From assembly GCA_951406725.2 (NCBI GenBank), contig OX597815.1, positions 206,522,001-206,586,000 of the forward strand: a DNA stretch of 64,000 bases. Reading direction: 5' to 3'. The stretch comes from Octopus vulgaris. Taxonomy: Eukaryota. The notes under the pieces were generated by a model. The model was not told where the DNA came from and ran no database searches. It saw only the letters and a list, made by a program, of their open reading frames with translations. A program made the position numbers and the translations under genes. Below are positions 25,694 to 38,639 of this stretch, piece by piece; the stretch's first letter is position 1; every line of letters starts with the position of its first letter.

Positions 25694-25857
25694 TATACCT
25701 ACACCATTCTAAGGACCAACCCCAGAGTTGGATCTTTGGTTTGAATTGGATTTGATACGTGTATATCGACAGTATCCTACGAAACAGCCGTAATCATATG
25801 GATGTCATGTGGTCCACCCAACGTTTTATGTTTTATGCATCTCTCTCTCTTTCTGTG

Positions 25858-25913
<56 letters not shown>

Positions 25914-26244
25914 CATATACGTATTACATCAACCCTAGTTCTTGACTTGTACGTTAAGTTTACGTCCACCGTGCCGCAATGGAACGATAAAAGGCACAGT
26001 TGACCTTAGTGGTATTTGAACGGAGTAGAATAATAGCTTTATTTTAACACACACACACACACACGCACACACACACATACAGAAACACTTTTACTAAACC
26101 TCTACGTACCAACTACCCCTAATTATTTCTGAGCTAACAGGATACGACTGGGTACTTGAATGTCATTTAGAATTTACGTGTATCTGAGTCACTCTTTTCC
26201 ACTGCATTATACCTAAATGGCAGCTCAGCGGTAGTTGGAATATC

Positions 26245-26480
26245 TATTTCTTTATTACCCACAAGGGGCTAAACACAGAGGGGACAAACAAGGACAGACA
26301 TAGGTATTAAGTCGATTACATCGACCCCAGTGCGTAACTGGTACTTAATTTATCGACCCCGAAAGGATGAAAGGCAAAGTCGACCTCGGCGGAATTTGAA
26401 CTCACAATGTAATGGCAGACGAAATACCGCTAAGCATTTCGCCCGGCGTTCTAACGTTTCTGCCAGCTCGCCGCCTTAGA
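26245..26480 (-). mobile_element. SINE family C (central domain resembles the Deu/Nin type) with 13-bp TSD
   Basis: Matches 63481-63685 in reverse; TSD tagttggaatatc at 26232-26244 and 26481-26493. Confidence 0.9.
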
Positions 26481-27610
26481 TAGTTGGAATATCATGAGAG
26501 GACAGTAGCTGAGTATGTCCATCATGGACAATGCTTTAGTCCCCTTCTCGTCATTCACCATATTATATTTTATAAGGAGTAAACACAGGAAGTTCCAGAT
26601 AGGATTTTCTTCATAGGGGAGAGTTAGAATCTAAAGAGGAGAAATACGTTCACACTTGACTGTAACTAAAAACATGTATTTTTTAAATTTAAATTCCAAC
26701 TTCAGCTGCAATAATTTAAAGCTTCCACTTCTGGCCTTGAACATTTTTAGGTACAATTAGTTTATATCATCCCTGCGCCGAGATTTCCATGCTAGTCCAC
26801 TATTGTCATATGCAATGTTTTTTACAGCTATAAAATTATTGAAGCAAAACTCAAAAAATATAAAAAAAACAAAGTTTTGAATTTTTTTTTTAAGAAAGTT
26901 CAAACTATAATAAAAAAGTAATTTTTATTAATTGACGGAGAGTGAGTTATATTAAAATGCTAATCGGCGCAATTAAATGAACTAGTTGAACAGCAATCGG
27001 TGAATTAAATGAACTAGTTTGGAAGCAGCACAGTAAATGTAAGTCGGTCAGTTTGAGGCAGAACAGGTCTGATCACGTTCACATTCTCGAGAAATACCTC
27101 GATCACACCACAAATGTTCTCGATTGATATGGTGTTGGACAAGTAAGTTTGCAATATTTCAAATGACTTTTTTTAAAATATAGTGGCTTGTTCCCTACTT
27201 TCAATCCCCAGAACGTCTCGTGGTCTCCCCACCGCTAATGAAAAAGCACTGCTATAAGATATCTTAAGTCAAAGGCAGTATTAAAACCGAGAGATAATAT
27301 TTATCTCCCCTTGGAGGTGGATTTTCTCTTAGAACAAACTATACTGTGATAGGTACCACGAGAGAAACTCTCTTGTTGGCTTTTGGTGCAAAATGCACGC
27401 TTGTTTATATCGGCAGCGGGGAGATAAATCCCCACCATCTCCACGCTGAAACCACTAGATCACGTAATTTCAACGTTCGATTGTCTTGTCAATGATGGGT
27501 GCTCATCCTGGATATGAATGGAATCATCATAGAAGATTAAGAGATGAACGTTTTTAGATAGGGATTGTTTTTAGATAGGACCAAGAAACAAATTGGAGCT
27601 GTGTGTGTGT

Positions 27611-27688
<78 letters not shown>

Positions 27689-28075
27689 ACGGGTTCTTTC
27701 GATTTCACAAAATTAGTTTTGAAATTTCTTTCTTCTCGGAAACGTAATTTCCGAAGATTTCTATGAGAAATTTAGAAAGAATATAAAGAACAGAGGAAAA
27801 CGTAATGGATGGGAGGGGATTTTAAATTTTGAAAAGCTGTTTTGGGGACATAATCTGTAGTCGAAAACATAGGGCTTCGAAGAAATCTTTAACATAAATA
27901 TATAAATGAAACTGGGTGGGGCGTGTTTTCGACACATCCGCTTTAAATTTCTTCCGTTAATTGCCGATAGACACCGTCATTATTTTGTTCTTGGATCTTA
28001 CTGTTTACTTTATGTATACATACATACATATACATGCGTATATGTGGGTGGTTGCATATAAATGTAGACATATTA

Positions 28076-28499
28076 GGCGCAGGAGTGGCTGTGTGGTAAG
28101 TAGCTTGCTAACCAACCACATGGTTCCGGGTTCAGTCCCACTGCGTGGCATCTTGGGCAAGTGTCTTCTGCTATAGCCCCGGGCCGACCAATGCCTTGTG
28201 AGTAGATTTGGTAGACGGAAACTGAAAGAAGCCTGTCGTATATATGTATATATATATGTATGTGTGTTTGTTTGTGTGTCTGTGTGTCTGTGTTTGTCCC
28301 CCTAGCATTGCTTGACAACCGATGCTGGTGTGTTTACGTCCCCGTTACTTAGCGGTTCGGCAAAAGGACCGATAGAATAAGTACTGGGCTTACAAGGAAT
28401 AAGTCCCGGGGTCGATTTGCTCGACTAAAAGGCGGTGCTCCAGCATGGCCGCAGTCAAATGACTGAAACAAGTAAAAGAGTAAGAGAGAGAGAAAAGAG
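28076..28499 (+). mobile_element. SINE family B, full length
   Basis: tRNA-like A/B boxes, internal TA/TG tract, tail gtaaaagagtaagagagag; many copies in the window. Confidence 0.9.
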
Positions 28500-28693
28500 T
28501 ATATGAATATGCATGCAGTGACTGAAGTTTCTGCTAGATGGCCGAAAGCTCAGTTATTGACACCCTCTTCTAAAACTTTAATAATCCTGTACACTACTTA
28601 AAGTATTGAGTGAACATTTCTATTAATTTCCAGTTCTCTTCGATATGATTATGTGTATGTATATATATATATATATTTACATATATGTTTATG

Positions 28694-28741
<48 letters not shown>

Positions 28742-28751
28742 CATATATATT

Positions 28752-28793
<42 letters not shown>

Positions 28794-28857
28794 CATACAT
28801 ATATATTTATGTATATATATATATTTATGTATATATATATATATATATATATATACT

Positions 28858-28984
28858 AGTAATTAAGGGTTTAGAACGAATTGCCTACCAACACACCGAA
28901 TTTAGAAATAGCAGTCAAAGAGATATAGCTATTTCTAAATTCGGTGTGTTGGTGAGGCAATTCGTTGCTAAACCCTTAATTACT
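28858..28984. repeat. Fold-back insert within (TA)n (whole insert about 28856-29090)
   Basis: Arms of about 55 bp: agtaattaagggtttag...gaatttagaaatagc / gctatttctaaattc...ctaaacccttaattact. Confidence 0.9.
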
Positions 28985-29090
28985 TAGTATTACTTAAATT
29001 TTCCTCGAATGGGGCTTTTACATGCCGAAATCTACTTGGTGTAATTGATAATTATTCCAAATTAATTAATTTCACCCTTTATTATTACTG

Positions 29091-29121
<31 letters not shown>

Positions 29122-29166
29122 CATGCATACATATGTATTTATGTATATATATCTGTATATACATGC

Positions 29167-29213
<47 letters not shown>

Positions 29214-29399
29214 CTTAGACCCCAACACAAATACGTATACATAGGTGCTACGGTATCCAATTCAAAGTCTGTTATCACACCACATCTCGTCATTCCGAAA
29301 AATAAACAGACGACATGCAACTTCACTGGCAGAACTCATATGGGGACTGAAAGAATGAAAATATAAATACGAAATAAAACGTTTTAAAAAAAAAAAAAT

Positions 29400-30090
29400 G
29401 CACACCCATGTAATTTCCTATCCAACAAACGTGACCTTTACCTCGCGGAATCGTTGATTATACTGCTGAGTAATGAGACCCTGGTAAACAAGCCTGATGA
29501 GAAAATTCCAAGGTATAACCACCGAGCCAAATATGCATTTTCAAGAGGGAAAAGTACTTTTTTGGTCAGTCCAGGCATGGATACGGTTGTAAAAGAAACA
29601 ATTGTAAATTGCTGGAAAAATTCAGGTCAACAAATACAGAATTCAATGAGTGAAGATTCGCTTGAAAAAACATCAGTTGAATTGAGTTTAGAAAATGGGG
29701 AATACGAGCTGCAATACGCATTTAAGAAACTCAAGAAATTAAAATATAACGCTGTTAGTTTCACAGAACTAAAAAATTTCGAAACTAGAGAAACAGAATG
29801 TTGCAATAATCCAGATAAAGCAAAATAAATTTTACAAGTCAAATGATAAATTCCAAATCTATAAATAATGATATGGAACAGGAGACAATTGACTAAGAAC
29901 AAGTTAATAACCTGATTTTCAAAAGTACTTTGAATTAATCAATGAACTTAAAATTCTCAGTTCAAAGGTTTGGTCTGTGAGTTTAAAGCACACATTTCCA
30001 ACAGAAAACGATATTCACAGCCTGCTTAACAGTAGAAAGAGACAAAAAAAGATTTTTGAATTTATGACACCTGCAAAGATGAATTGAGCA
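29400..30090 (+). mobile_element. pogo/Tigger-like transposase relic
   Basis: Remnant QAWIRL / KETIVNCWKNSG, resembling the pogo C-terminal motif. Confidence 0.5.
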
Positions 30091-31979
30091 TCAGAGATAA
30101 GAACACAAATCTTGAATTTAAATTCATACGTCGTTTGTTTTTACATCGTTTTCTTTTTTTTGATAATGTCAAAATAACCGACTTTTCTTTTAAAATGTTA
30201 TTAAAAAATCATAATTAAGGTAAATAAATACATGAAAACAACTTAAATTCATAACTTTTTCTCAAAAAAAAAAAGTTCGTTATGGGCAGATATTTATTAT
30301 TTAAGTATTTTTTTTTTATCTCATAAGTTTGTCCCACCGCACCAGCTTCAAAGAAGTTTACAGAATGAAGACTTATTGCAGCATGGATGATGATGATGAT
30401 GATTTCCTACTTCAGTATTAAACTTTGAGTCAGCTGCATGATCCGAGGTTTGAAACAGCAACAATTCTTTTTCATTTTTGCCTCAGTTTCATACAAGTCG
30501 TAAATAAAGAAATTTTAACAAATCTTCAGTCAATCTAAAACTTGGTAGATTGCAGTCACACTTCTCGAAAACACAGAATTTAATAGTAGAACCAGCTTAT
30601 TAGAATATTACACTGCATTCTCCTTTATGGTAAATTAATAGCAAGAAAATAGATGAATTACATAATTGTCTCAGGTTTATTCACGAAGGAAAGGGAAGTG
30701 AATATGTAATATAAATGTTTTTAAAATAAATACCAGATTCGATGTTTTCAACGAAAACATCATTAACTTATTAATGTCAACTAAAATGTCTCCAGTTTTT
30801 AAGTATATGGCACTTTGATACACTCTTCTGACATAGAAATAATAATAATGTCAGTGTCTTACAAATGAAAATAGTTTCTTTGCCTATCTTTAAAATGTCC
30901 AACTTCAGGGTTTGGTTATAACACATGTTATCTTCCATGCAGCTGGGCAGAAGTTGAAAAGATGCTATACTTATTTTGCTAGAATCTCAAGAACATATAA
31001 TTAAATCTTTCTGCTATTTTATATTTTGCAGGCAAAGTCAGTGACACATAATAGTCGAAAACACTGTACGGAAAGTTTTTAGCCATTTTTAACAACATCT
31101 GCAAAATATATATTTTGTACAAGGTTACTTACTTTTATTTGCAAAATAAGACATCAAAATAGAATGCGTCAACTTAACTGTGTAAAACAATGAACCAACG
31201 AATGTTACACTTTTGAAAACTCGTTTATTATTACAGTATTACTTTCTAACTAACCGAACAAGATATAAACTTATATTTTATCAATTTCAGTAATAGGACT
31301 GCGGCGATCCCCAGTACTTATTTTTAAAGTCTCGTACTTATTCTATTGGGGTCTTTTGCCGAACTGCTTAGTTAGGAGGGCATAAGCAAATCAACCCCGG
31401 TTGTCAAGTAGGGATGAAGAAACACACACACGCACACACACACGGTAGGTTTCCACACAGTCTCCGTGTATCAAATTCACTTACAAGCCGCCGGTTGCCT
31501 CTAATACAAAGTACTCGCCCCAAATTCCATGCAATAGGACAGAACCCTTACTCAAAACCACGTGGCTGCAAAGCAAGATCCTTAACCTGCAACAGAAGCA
31601 AAAATGCTAAATCTATCCTGTTTTTTTTTTATATATATTTGAATAACCTTCAATTATTTTATTCTGACCAGCTTAATTGTTAGCCCAGGGATCTTTTGAA
31701 GAAATTCTCACTATAATTTACTCTCGTAGAAAAGAAATTCACTTTATGGCAAATGAGAAATAAATGTTTTGTACCGATTTTTTCATTATTGAGTACATCC
31801 AAGAAATTTAAACAGTAGACTCAGCTGAATGAACAGAATGTTTTGCGATATGTAGGTATGACCATTTAGGACTCTGAAATAAAATTCTTCGAAGTGAGAA
31901 CCCTTTTGACCGATTCCAGTTATGCCCGAAAAGGGTTTGTTTATGTACGATTTTCATTTACATGTCAGCAAGCGGGGAA

Positions 31980-32310
31980 TTCCATATCGCCTACATGAAA
32001 TTTTATCTCACGAGAACACCAACAAAAGAATTCACCTTTGGAATTTATGAAGCAGCCACAGGAATCCTTGATTAAACAAAGTTTGCATCATCTCCTCCCG
32101 TTGAGGTGTGGTTCAGACCATTTCAGTAGTCTCCATGTAATCCTATATGGCGTCCACTCTTCTCTTAAATGCTATAAGTAATTGGCCAAAGACGTAACGT
32201 TGCGCCTCTCTGGGATCCTATACGGACTTGTGGTTATTTAGTCGTACCTTAAAGTGACCCACCGTTGCTCCAACATATTTCTTCCGTGTATGTGTCCTTA
32301 CGTTATTGAT
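31980..32310 (-). mobile_element. Penelope-like element GIY-YIG endonuclease C-terminal relic
   Basis: Minus strand reads KKYVGATVGHFKVRLNNHKS..YRIPERRNVTSLANYL, then YRITWRLLKWSEPHLNGRR*CKLCL. This matches the YIG-T..FK.R..NH / T.L..Y.W / W..L....Y....C.LC pattern of PLE endonucleases. Confidence 0.7.
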
Positions 32311-32557
32311 GGCGTTGTTGTTACAGCAGTAGCATTAATAGCGACAGTAACACAGACACACACTTATTTAAAACAGTTTATCATTTATGTGTGCGTGAGT
32401 GTATGTGTGTGTTGCTGTCGCTATCGGTGCTACTGCTGTAAAAACAACAGCATGAATAACGTAAGGACACATACACGGAAGAAATATGTTGTGGCAACGG
32501 AGAGTCACTTTAAGGTACGACTATATAACCACAAGAGCTCTTATAGGACCCCAAGAG
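32206..32557. repeat. Large fold-back (arms of about 150 bp) that includes PLE GIY-YIG coding sequence
   Basis: 32455-32557 is the reverse complement of 32206-32307; the inner arms also pair. Confidence 0.9.
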
Positions 32558-32954
32558 TATCTTGATTAACTGAAGTTTACATTGTCGTTAGGAGGCCCAT
32601 GTTAACACACGGAGGATTCGATCAAAATAAATACGTGTGTGTGTGTGTAATGAAGGAAAATGCAAAGAAATTTTGTTGGAAAAATATGAATTAAAATATT
32701 TACATAGTCGACTGGTTTCGTTTCTAGTAGTCATGACTTAGTAGTTAGTGATGATAATGATATAATTTCATGCTATCATAATGTTTTCATTCCATGTTAT
32801 TAAGAGAACTGGTATTGTGTAAATGAATCGGAAGGTAAATAAATTTTAGGGAAGGTAATCAATGATTGATATTATTATAAGCAGGGGAGGTAACTACCCT
32901 ATATTTGGAAAGTAAATTGATTATATGTACATTTAAAATATATATATATATTTA

Positions 32955-33605
32955 TGAATTGAAATGTGCCAAGAGAACCGATATCCAAACACTAAGAGAA
33001 GTATAACGAAATAGCACACCCAATTTAAAAATACCGCCCTATAAATCTACCAACAACTTCGAAGCAACAAGGTATATAAGACTGTTATTCAAAATTTACT
33101 TATACTCTCACACACAATCATTAAAAGTAAAAAGCAACCAAAATTACTAAATAGAATACTGACAGCTGTAACATTATACCTAACAACAATGGATCCAAGA
33201 ATTAAACAATGTAGGTGACCTAACTCTGGAATATGTCCCAACCTACTGGAAGGTTCGGAATTCTATTTCAAACAAGGACAAACATTCAAAATTAAAGCTG
33301 AGTTCACCTGTGCATTCGAAAACTTAATCTACGTCATTACTTATTCAGGATGTGGATACAACTGTATAGGACAAGCAAGAAGGTCTCTCAGACGGAGAGC
33401 AACGCTGCATAGAGAACAAATCGGTTTCCCAAGCCATAGACGCAACACTAAGTGAGCACTAGAGAGATGGGCGGGGTATCACCGATCAAACTTCAACATT
33501 TTCCTTATATACCAATGGAATGGAACAACTTATATACAACAACGGTTAAATCAAAGAACTACATTTATTAAAAAATATCAACTGCGCCTTAATATGAACA
33601 CATAA
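32955..33605 (+). mobile_element. Penelope-like element 3' ORF relic (Neptune-type Cys linker plus GIY-YIG)
   Basis: KKQPKLLNRILT...KQCR*PNSGICPNL...FTCAFENLIYVITYSGCGYNCIGQARRSLRRRATLHREQI. Begins right after (TA)n. Confidence 0.8.
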
Positions 33606-33962
33606 CCAATTTTGAACTTTGTAAGTATTTTAATTCATAAATATATATATCTTTTTAACCTCCGTATAATCAATTTACTTTCCAAAAATAGGGTACATAC
33701 GTAGCAAGTAAGCAAATATACTATGAACTCGCATGAAGCATGATATATTAATATCTTCAAGTGACAACTGCCGAATATTTTCGTCGGAAGGATAAGTAGC
33801 AGATGCGAATGCAAAAGTAGCAGGGCACATATTTAAGATAATACACAGGCATCAATAAAAAGACTGAGAAAGAGGGAAAATAATTATTAATGGAGAGATG
33901 AATACATGAAGTCAAGTGCAAAAATATGTTAGTAAAAAATGAGGAAGGGGTTTGATAGATAA

Positions 33963-34019
<57 letters not shown>

Positions 34020-34696
34020 ATGAGGAGTATAAAAGGAAGGGAAACAAGAACAAGAAAGAGAACGTAAAGAATGAAAGACAAGTGAAAAGATCATTGTATC
34101 ACTTTGAGAAGCACGACTATCAAGAACTGGTCGTAAAATTTGAGGAATGAAGGAGAGAAGGGAAAGATTAAAAGGAATCTATTAAAAAGAAAGAGCGAAT
34201 GCCAAATGAAATAACCCCTTGCTGTGTAAATGTGACAGTATAACGTTTTAGTGATCTGAGTCGGTATAAGAGTTTAGACGAGATAAGAATTAGAAAAATA
34301 TAGAAAATATATACAAACAATAAAATATAGATGTAAATGTTTAAGTGGAACTATAAAAATAGAAGAATAAAGCAATTGCGCAATTGAAAGCAGTACGAAT
34401 GACTAAATTCAAATTAAGGCAGGTCATAATTCTAACTTCGACAAGTAATTAAATATAAGCAGATAAATAGATAAGATCAAAGAATGTTAGAGCACAGCAC
34501 AAGCTAAAAGTTATCGAAGTCAACTGGAGCATGTCATGCATGGCAAAAGGAAAATGTTTTCAGAAATCTGTACCGGAAAAAGCTACGTCACACTGTTTAT
34601 TAAGATGAAGGTCCTGACCCTCTCGTAATATCTCAAAGGAAACAAATTGCATGCAATACAGTCACGCTGGTAAGATTTTTCCAGTCTTGATGACAA

Positions 34697-34736
<40 letters not shown>

Positions 34737-34817
34737 TTATTAGCCTTGAGATGATGCATATAATTTACCTGCGAAATAGAAGAATTATGCTTAATATTAG
34801 AGAACGAATGAACAAAG

Positions 34818-35022
34818 ATGGCGAGCGGGCAGAATCGTTACTGTACCGGAAAAATGCTTAGCGGTATTTCTTCCGACTTTACGTTCTGAGTTCAGGTGCT
34901 GGCGGGATCAATTTTGCCTTTCGTTCTTTCGGGGTCAATAAAATAAGTACCAGTTGATAAGAGGTCGTTGTAGTTCGAATTACTCCAAAATTGCTGGTCT
35001 TGTACCAAAATTTGAAACCAAT
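34818..35022 (+). mobile_element. SINE family C, diverged
   Basis: ggcgagc.ggcagaatcgtta...gcctttcgttctttcggggtcaataaaataagtaccag. Confidence 0.75.
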
Positions 35023-35529
35023 ATTAGAGAACGGACTAACATATACGTGTGTGTGTGTGTGAGGGGGTGGATAGGGGGCCGCGCACGCGCACACACACGA
35101 AACCATATTCGTTATTAGAAGTGCTATTACTTCAAAATAGCATTCTGTATATCTTAACGTCAAAATGTAGAATGCCAACCAACTGCAGTATTCGTCATGA
35201 GAGTATAGAAGACACAGAGGAAGCACAATAATGTTAATCTTTTCTGTTATTGCAATGTCTAGGGACTTCATCATGAATTTCTCAAGGCAACCATATTTTC
35301 TCTGCCCAAATTAAGGCCTACCCACAATATCGAATGATTTTGGAGAGCTAACTTATAACGTACAGGGACCTGTTCTCTTCTACCCGTTTGCCTTGAAGTT
35401 CTCAAACCAGAAAACCTTGTCATTTGTGCTACTAGCCTCGCGGAAACTACACTGAGTCTTTTCTCTTTCCTTGGGTGTTGTTGCCCAGCAAATTTCCCTC
35501 AATATTAAGGACACATGAGCAGGTGGCTT

Positions 35530-36140
35530 TCGTATCTGCCTCAGTTTTTTTCTCTCTGGAGGAATGTCAAGAAATTATCCTTGCCAACGAATCTCGTGGT
35601 TGTTCTTTGAAAAATGGATATTCTGTAAAATGTCAATTTACAGCTTCCAATTGTTGGTTGACAGAACTAATACAAATACCGTTTTTAATGTGGAATTTGA
35701 GCTTGAGACGTAAATGAGTTGGTGACAAACGTTTACCCCAAATATCATTTCTCTATTTCAATGATCCTGAATGGATCCAAGAAAGAGCTATTTTAGCCCC
35801 AATAAATGAAACGGTAGATAACATAAATCCACGTAGGCTTTCAAGTTTGCCGAATCTTAAAAATCTCACCATATCCGTTAATCTTTAAGAAAGACGGCTC
35901 CATAATTCTTCTTGGAATCTGTCTCTAGACTTTGCAACGGGACGCATCTGGTAACAAAAAATTGCTACTACACGTATTATAGGCAACGATTTTGACAAGT
36001 TGTGCCAAAGGTGAAGATACTTTCGTTCTAAGAATTCTTTTGAATTCCAACAGGTGTGTGTTTCGTATTCAAATGAAATGTTTTCAGTATACCGTTCAAC
36101 TGTAATAAGTATCAAATCAAAGAATAATAAAGTCTCCAAA
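35530..36140 (+). mobile_element. Helitron RepHel PIF1-like helicase relic
   Basis: Motifs LWRNVKKL, DPEWIQERAILAPINETVDNIN and CNGTHLV across frameshifts. Confidence 0.7.
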
Positions 36141-36349
36141 TGCTGGAATTCAAGAGGGCTCATTGCTTTTCCCAAATTTGTTTTAGTTCCTAGCTTCTGA
36201 CATAAAAGCCAAGAATATTGCATATTGCTCGCCCCCCCCCCCTTAAACACCGCCTTAAACAATGAGAAAACTTACTGATTCGAAAAGTATAGAGCAATTA
36301 CGAAAAGTATTTTCTTAAAAATATATTTTCTCAGAGAAAACGCATACTA

Positions 36350-37340
36350 TACTATTGACTTGGCAAGAAAGTAATTTCGGTTTCTTAGTGTGAACTTTAT
36401 TTTTTATTTTCATGCAAAGAATGACCTTTAATCAATTATATATTTTCCAATTTGTTCGACCATTCGTTATTTTCTGGCAACTTTATGATTCCATGCTCAT
36501 TGAACTTCTGGTCCTTATCAGCCAAAAACTGAAGCAGGTGCGATTTCAGGTCATCAATATTGACAGTTTTACCATTCAAAGAATTTTGCAAACTTCGAAA
36601 TAAATGGTAATCAAATGGAGCAAGGTCAGGGCTATATGTTCGATGTGACATCTCTTCCAAACCAAGCTCCAATAATTCTTTTATGAGTTAGCCAAGACGT
36701 ATGTGGTCTAGCGTTGTCACGGTGGAACAAGATTTCTTTACGATTTCCCAATTCTGGCCGTTTTTTTATTGCTTCCTCCAGTTTCATTAGTTGTTGACAC
36801 TAAACATCTGAATTGATCGTTTGGTTCCTTGGAAGCAGCTCAAAGTACGCAACACCATTGTAATCCCACCAAATTGACAGCATGGCCTTTTTTTTATGCA
36901 ATTCAGCATTCGATGTGGTTTGCGCTGATTCAGCAGGCTTGGGCCATGATCGTTTTCGAGTGATGTTATTTTTCCTCACAAGCGATTTAAAAAAAATAAA
37001 ACGGTCGATTTCATTGCGTTCGAGATGCTTATCGCAAATATTGATACGTTGTATTACGTGAATCTCTTTCAATTTATGTGGAGCCCAAATATCGAACTTC
37101 TTATTTCTTTAGTGCCCACAAGGGTCCAAATATGGAGCTTCCTAACGAGTTCAAGACATTTTAAGGGATTTTCAATTGTTGTGTGATACATTTAATCTCT
37201 CTACAATCTCTCGCACAGTTATGACAATCAGATTCAATTATTGCTTTGATTCAGTCATCAACTCCAGTGAAAAATCTCTAGAACGGAATTTTTAAAAACA
37301 TTTCTGACATTTCTCGAGCTAAAGAGGGAACCTCTACATG
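36350..37340 (-). mobile_element. Mariner (DD34D) transposase relic
   Basis: MLSIWWDYNGVAYFELLPRNQTINSDV, HRDNARPHT, YSPDLAPFDYHLFRSLQNSLNG. Confidence 0.85.
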
Positions 37341-38639
37341 AGTTTTCGATTGCTACATATAGTGAAATCTGTCACTGAAATTTCGCTAATTGATTGAGAA
37401 AAGTCGATATTTCAGATGGTTGTCAGCAGTTGAAACCACGAAGAATGAGAACTGCTAATGTACACAACTGGTTATACACATGAACACAATGGGCTTTGAA
37501 AATACGATTATTTAAATACTAAAGTGACCAAAAGACCAAAGTCTAAGATACACCCAACTCTATAGTTTACTCTTTAATGTGTAGATGTTTATTTTTGAAA
37601 GATTTACCGAATACACACACGCGTTATGTAACATGTACACTTAGGGAATGCGAGAGCTGAATGAAAGAGACAAATTAGTTGTCTCGAAAGAAGTTTTGTT
37701 TTAAAAAACAAAAAGAAACAATTGTTTTAAGGTATGTTTTGTTTTATGAGCTTTTCGAACAATCCGTTTGAAATGATTCTTAAAACGTTCGACAACGCCC
37801 CGAGAAGATGTGAGCGGATGTTGGGTGGGGCATTTTTCATTGTTTAATGTTTATATACATACATATATATATATATATATATGTATGTATGTCTAAAAAT
37901 AAGGAGAGAATGTAGATTCAATCTTCGACATTTTTATTTCTTCCATTTTTGTTTTACTCTAAGTGCTCCCCACCACAAAAGACATACTAAGCAACATATT
38001 TCTCTAAGTTTGTAAATCATTAGTAAATAAACACAAGTGTCAAATCTGTCTGTATACTCCGAGAGATATGGCTTCCGTCATACAAACAGTCTCAACTTTG
38101 AGAGTGTTCGGTGCATGAATTTTTAGTTTACTTGCTCTTGCAGTCTGATTATGGCAACAATTCTTTGACAATTCCTTTTTAACTGTTAATACTGTTCCTG
38201 TTAATGTTTTTGTGGCCTGTATTGCCTTTGTTTAGGAAATGTAGAATTTTGTTTTTACAAAAATGTTGTGGAGACTGCTTTGTATATTTGTCTACAGAAC
38301 TTCACATGTTACCATGTTATTGCCACTTTCAACTCGATTCTTTGTATTCAATAGAACAGTGGCATTCGTCATAACATGTATATTTAAAGAGTGAACTCTG
38401 ACTCACCCACCCAACTCTTAAAGAGAAAAGCAATTTGATCTGAAACAGACATCTTAGAATAATAATGGGTACGCCGCCAGAATTTTGTGTTGTAATCGTA
38501 TTCTTGGCTTTAGTTACTATATGAAGCTATGCGATTTCTGGATAGCGGCACCTAATCTTAAAAATGCAAATTGAGTCATACTTTTAAAATTATAATTCAC
38601 ATTTTTTAGCATGTATATTATTCCAATATATAAGTGGAT

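Noticed and set aside
28518-28557. Hammerhead 3' half GAAAGCUC with possible stem I gugacu/aguuau
   Set aside because: The 5' core and stem II are not intact; too degenerate to call.
33769-33827. Minus-strand GAAAAUAUUC with 4-bp stem I near the PLE relic
   Set aside because: Core reads CUGCUAC and stem II is missing; suggestive only.
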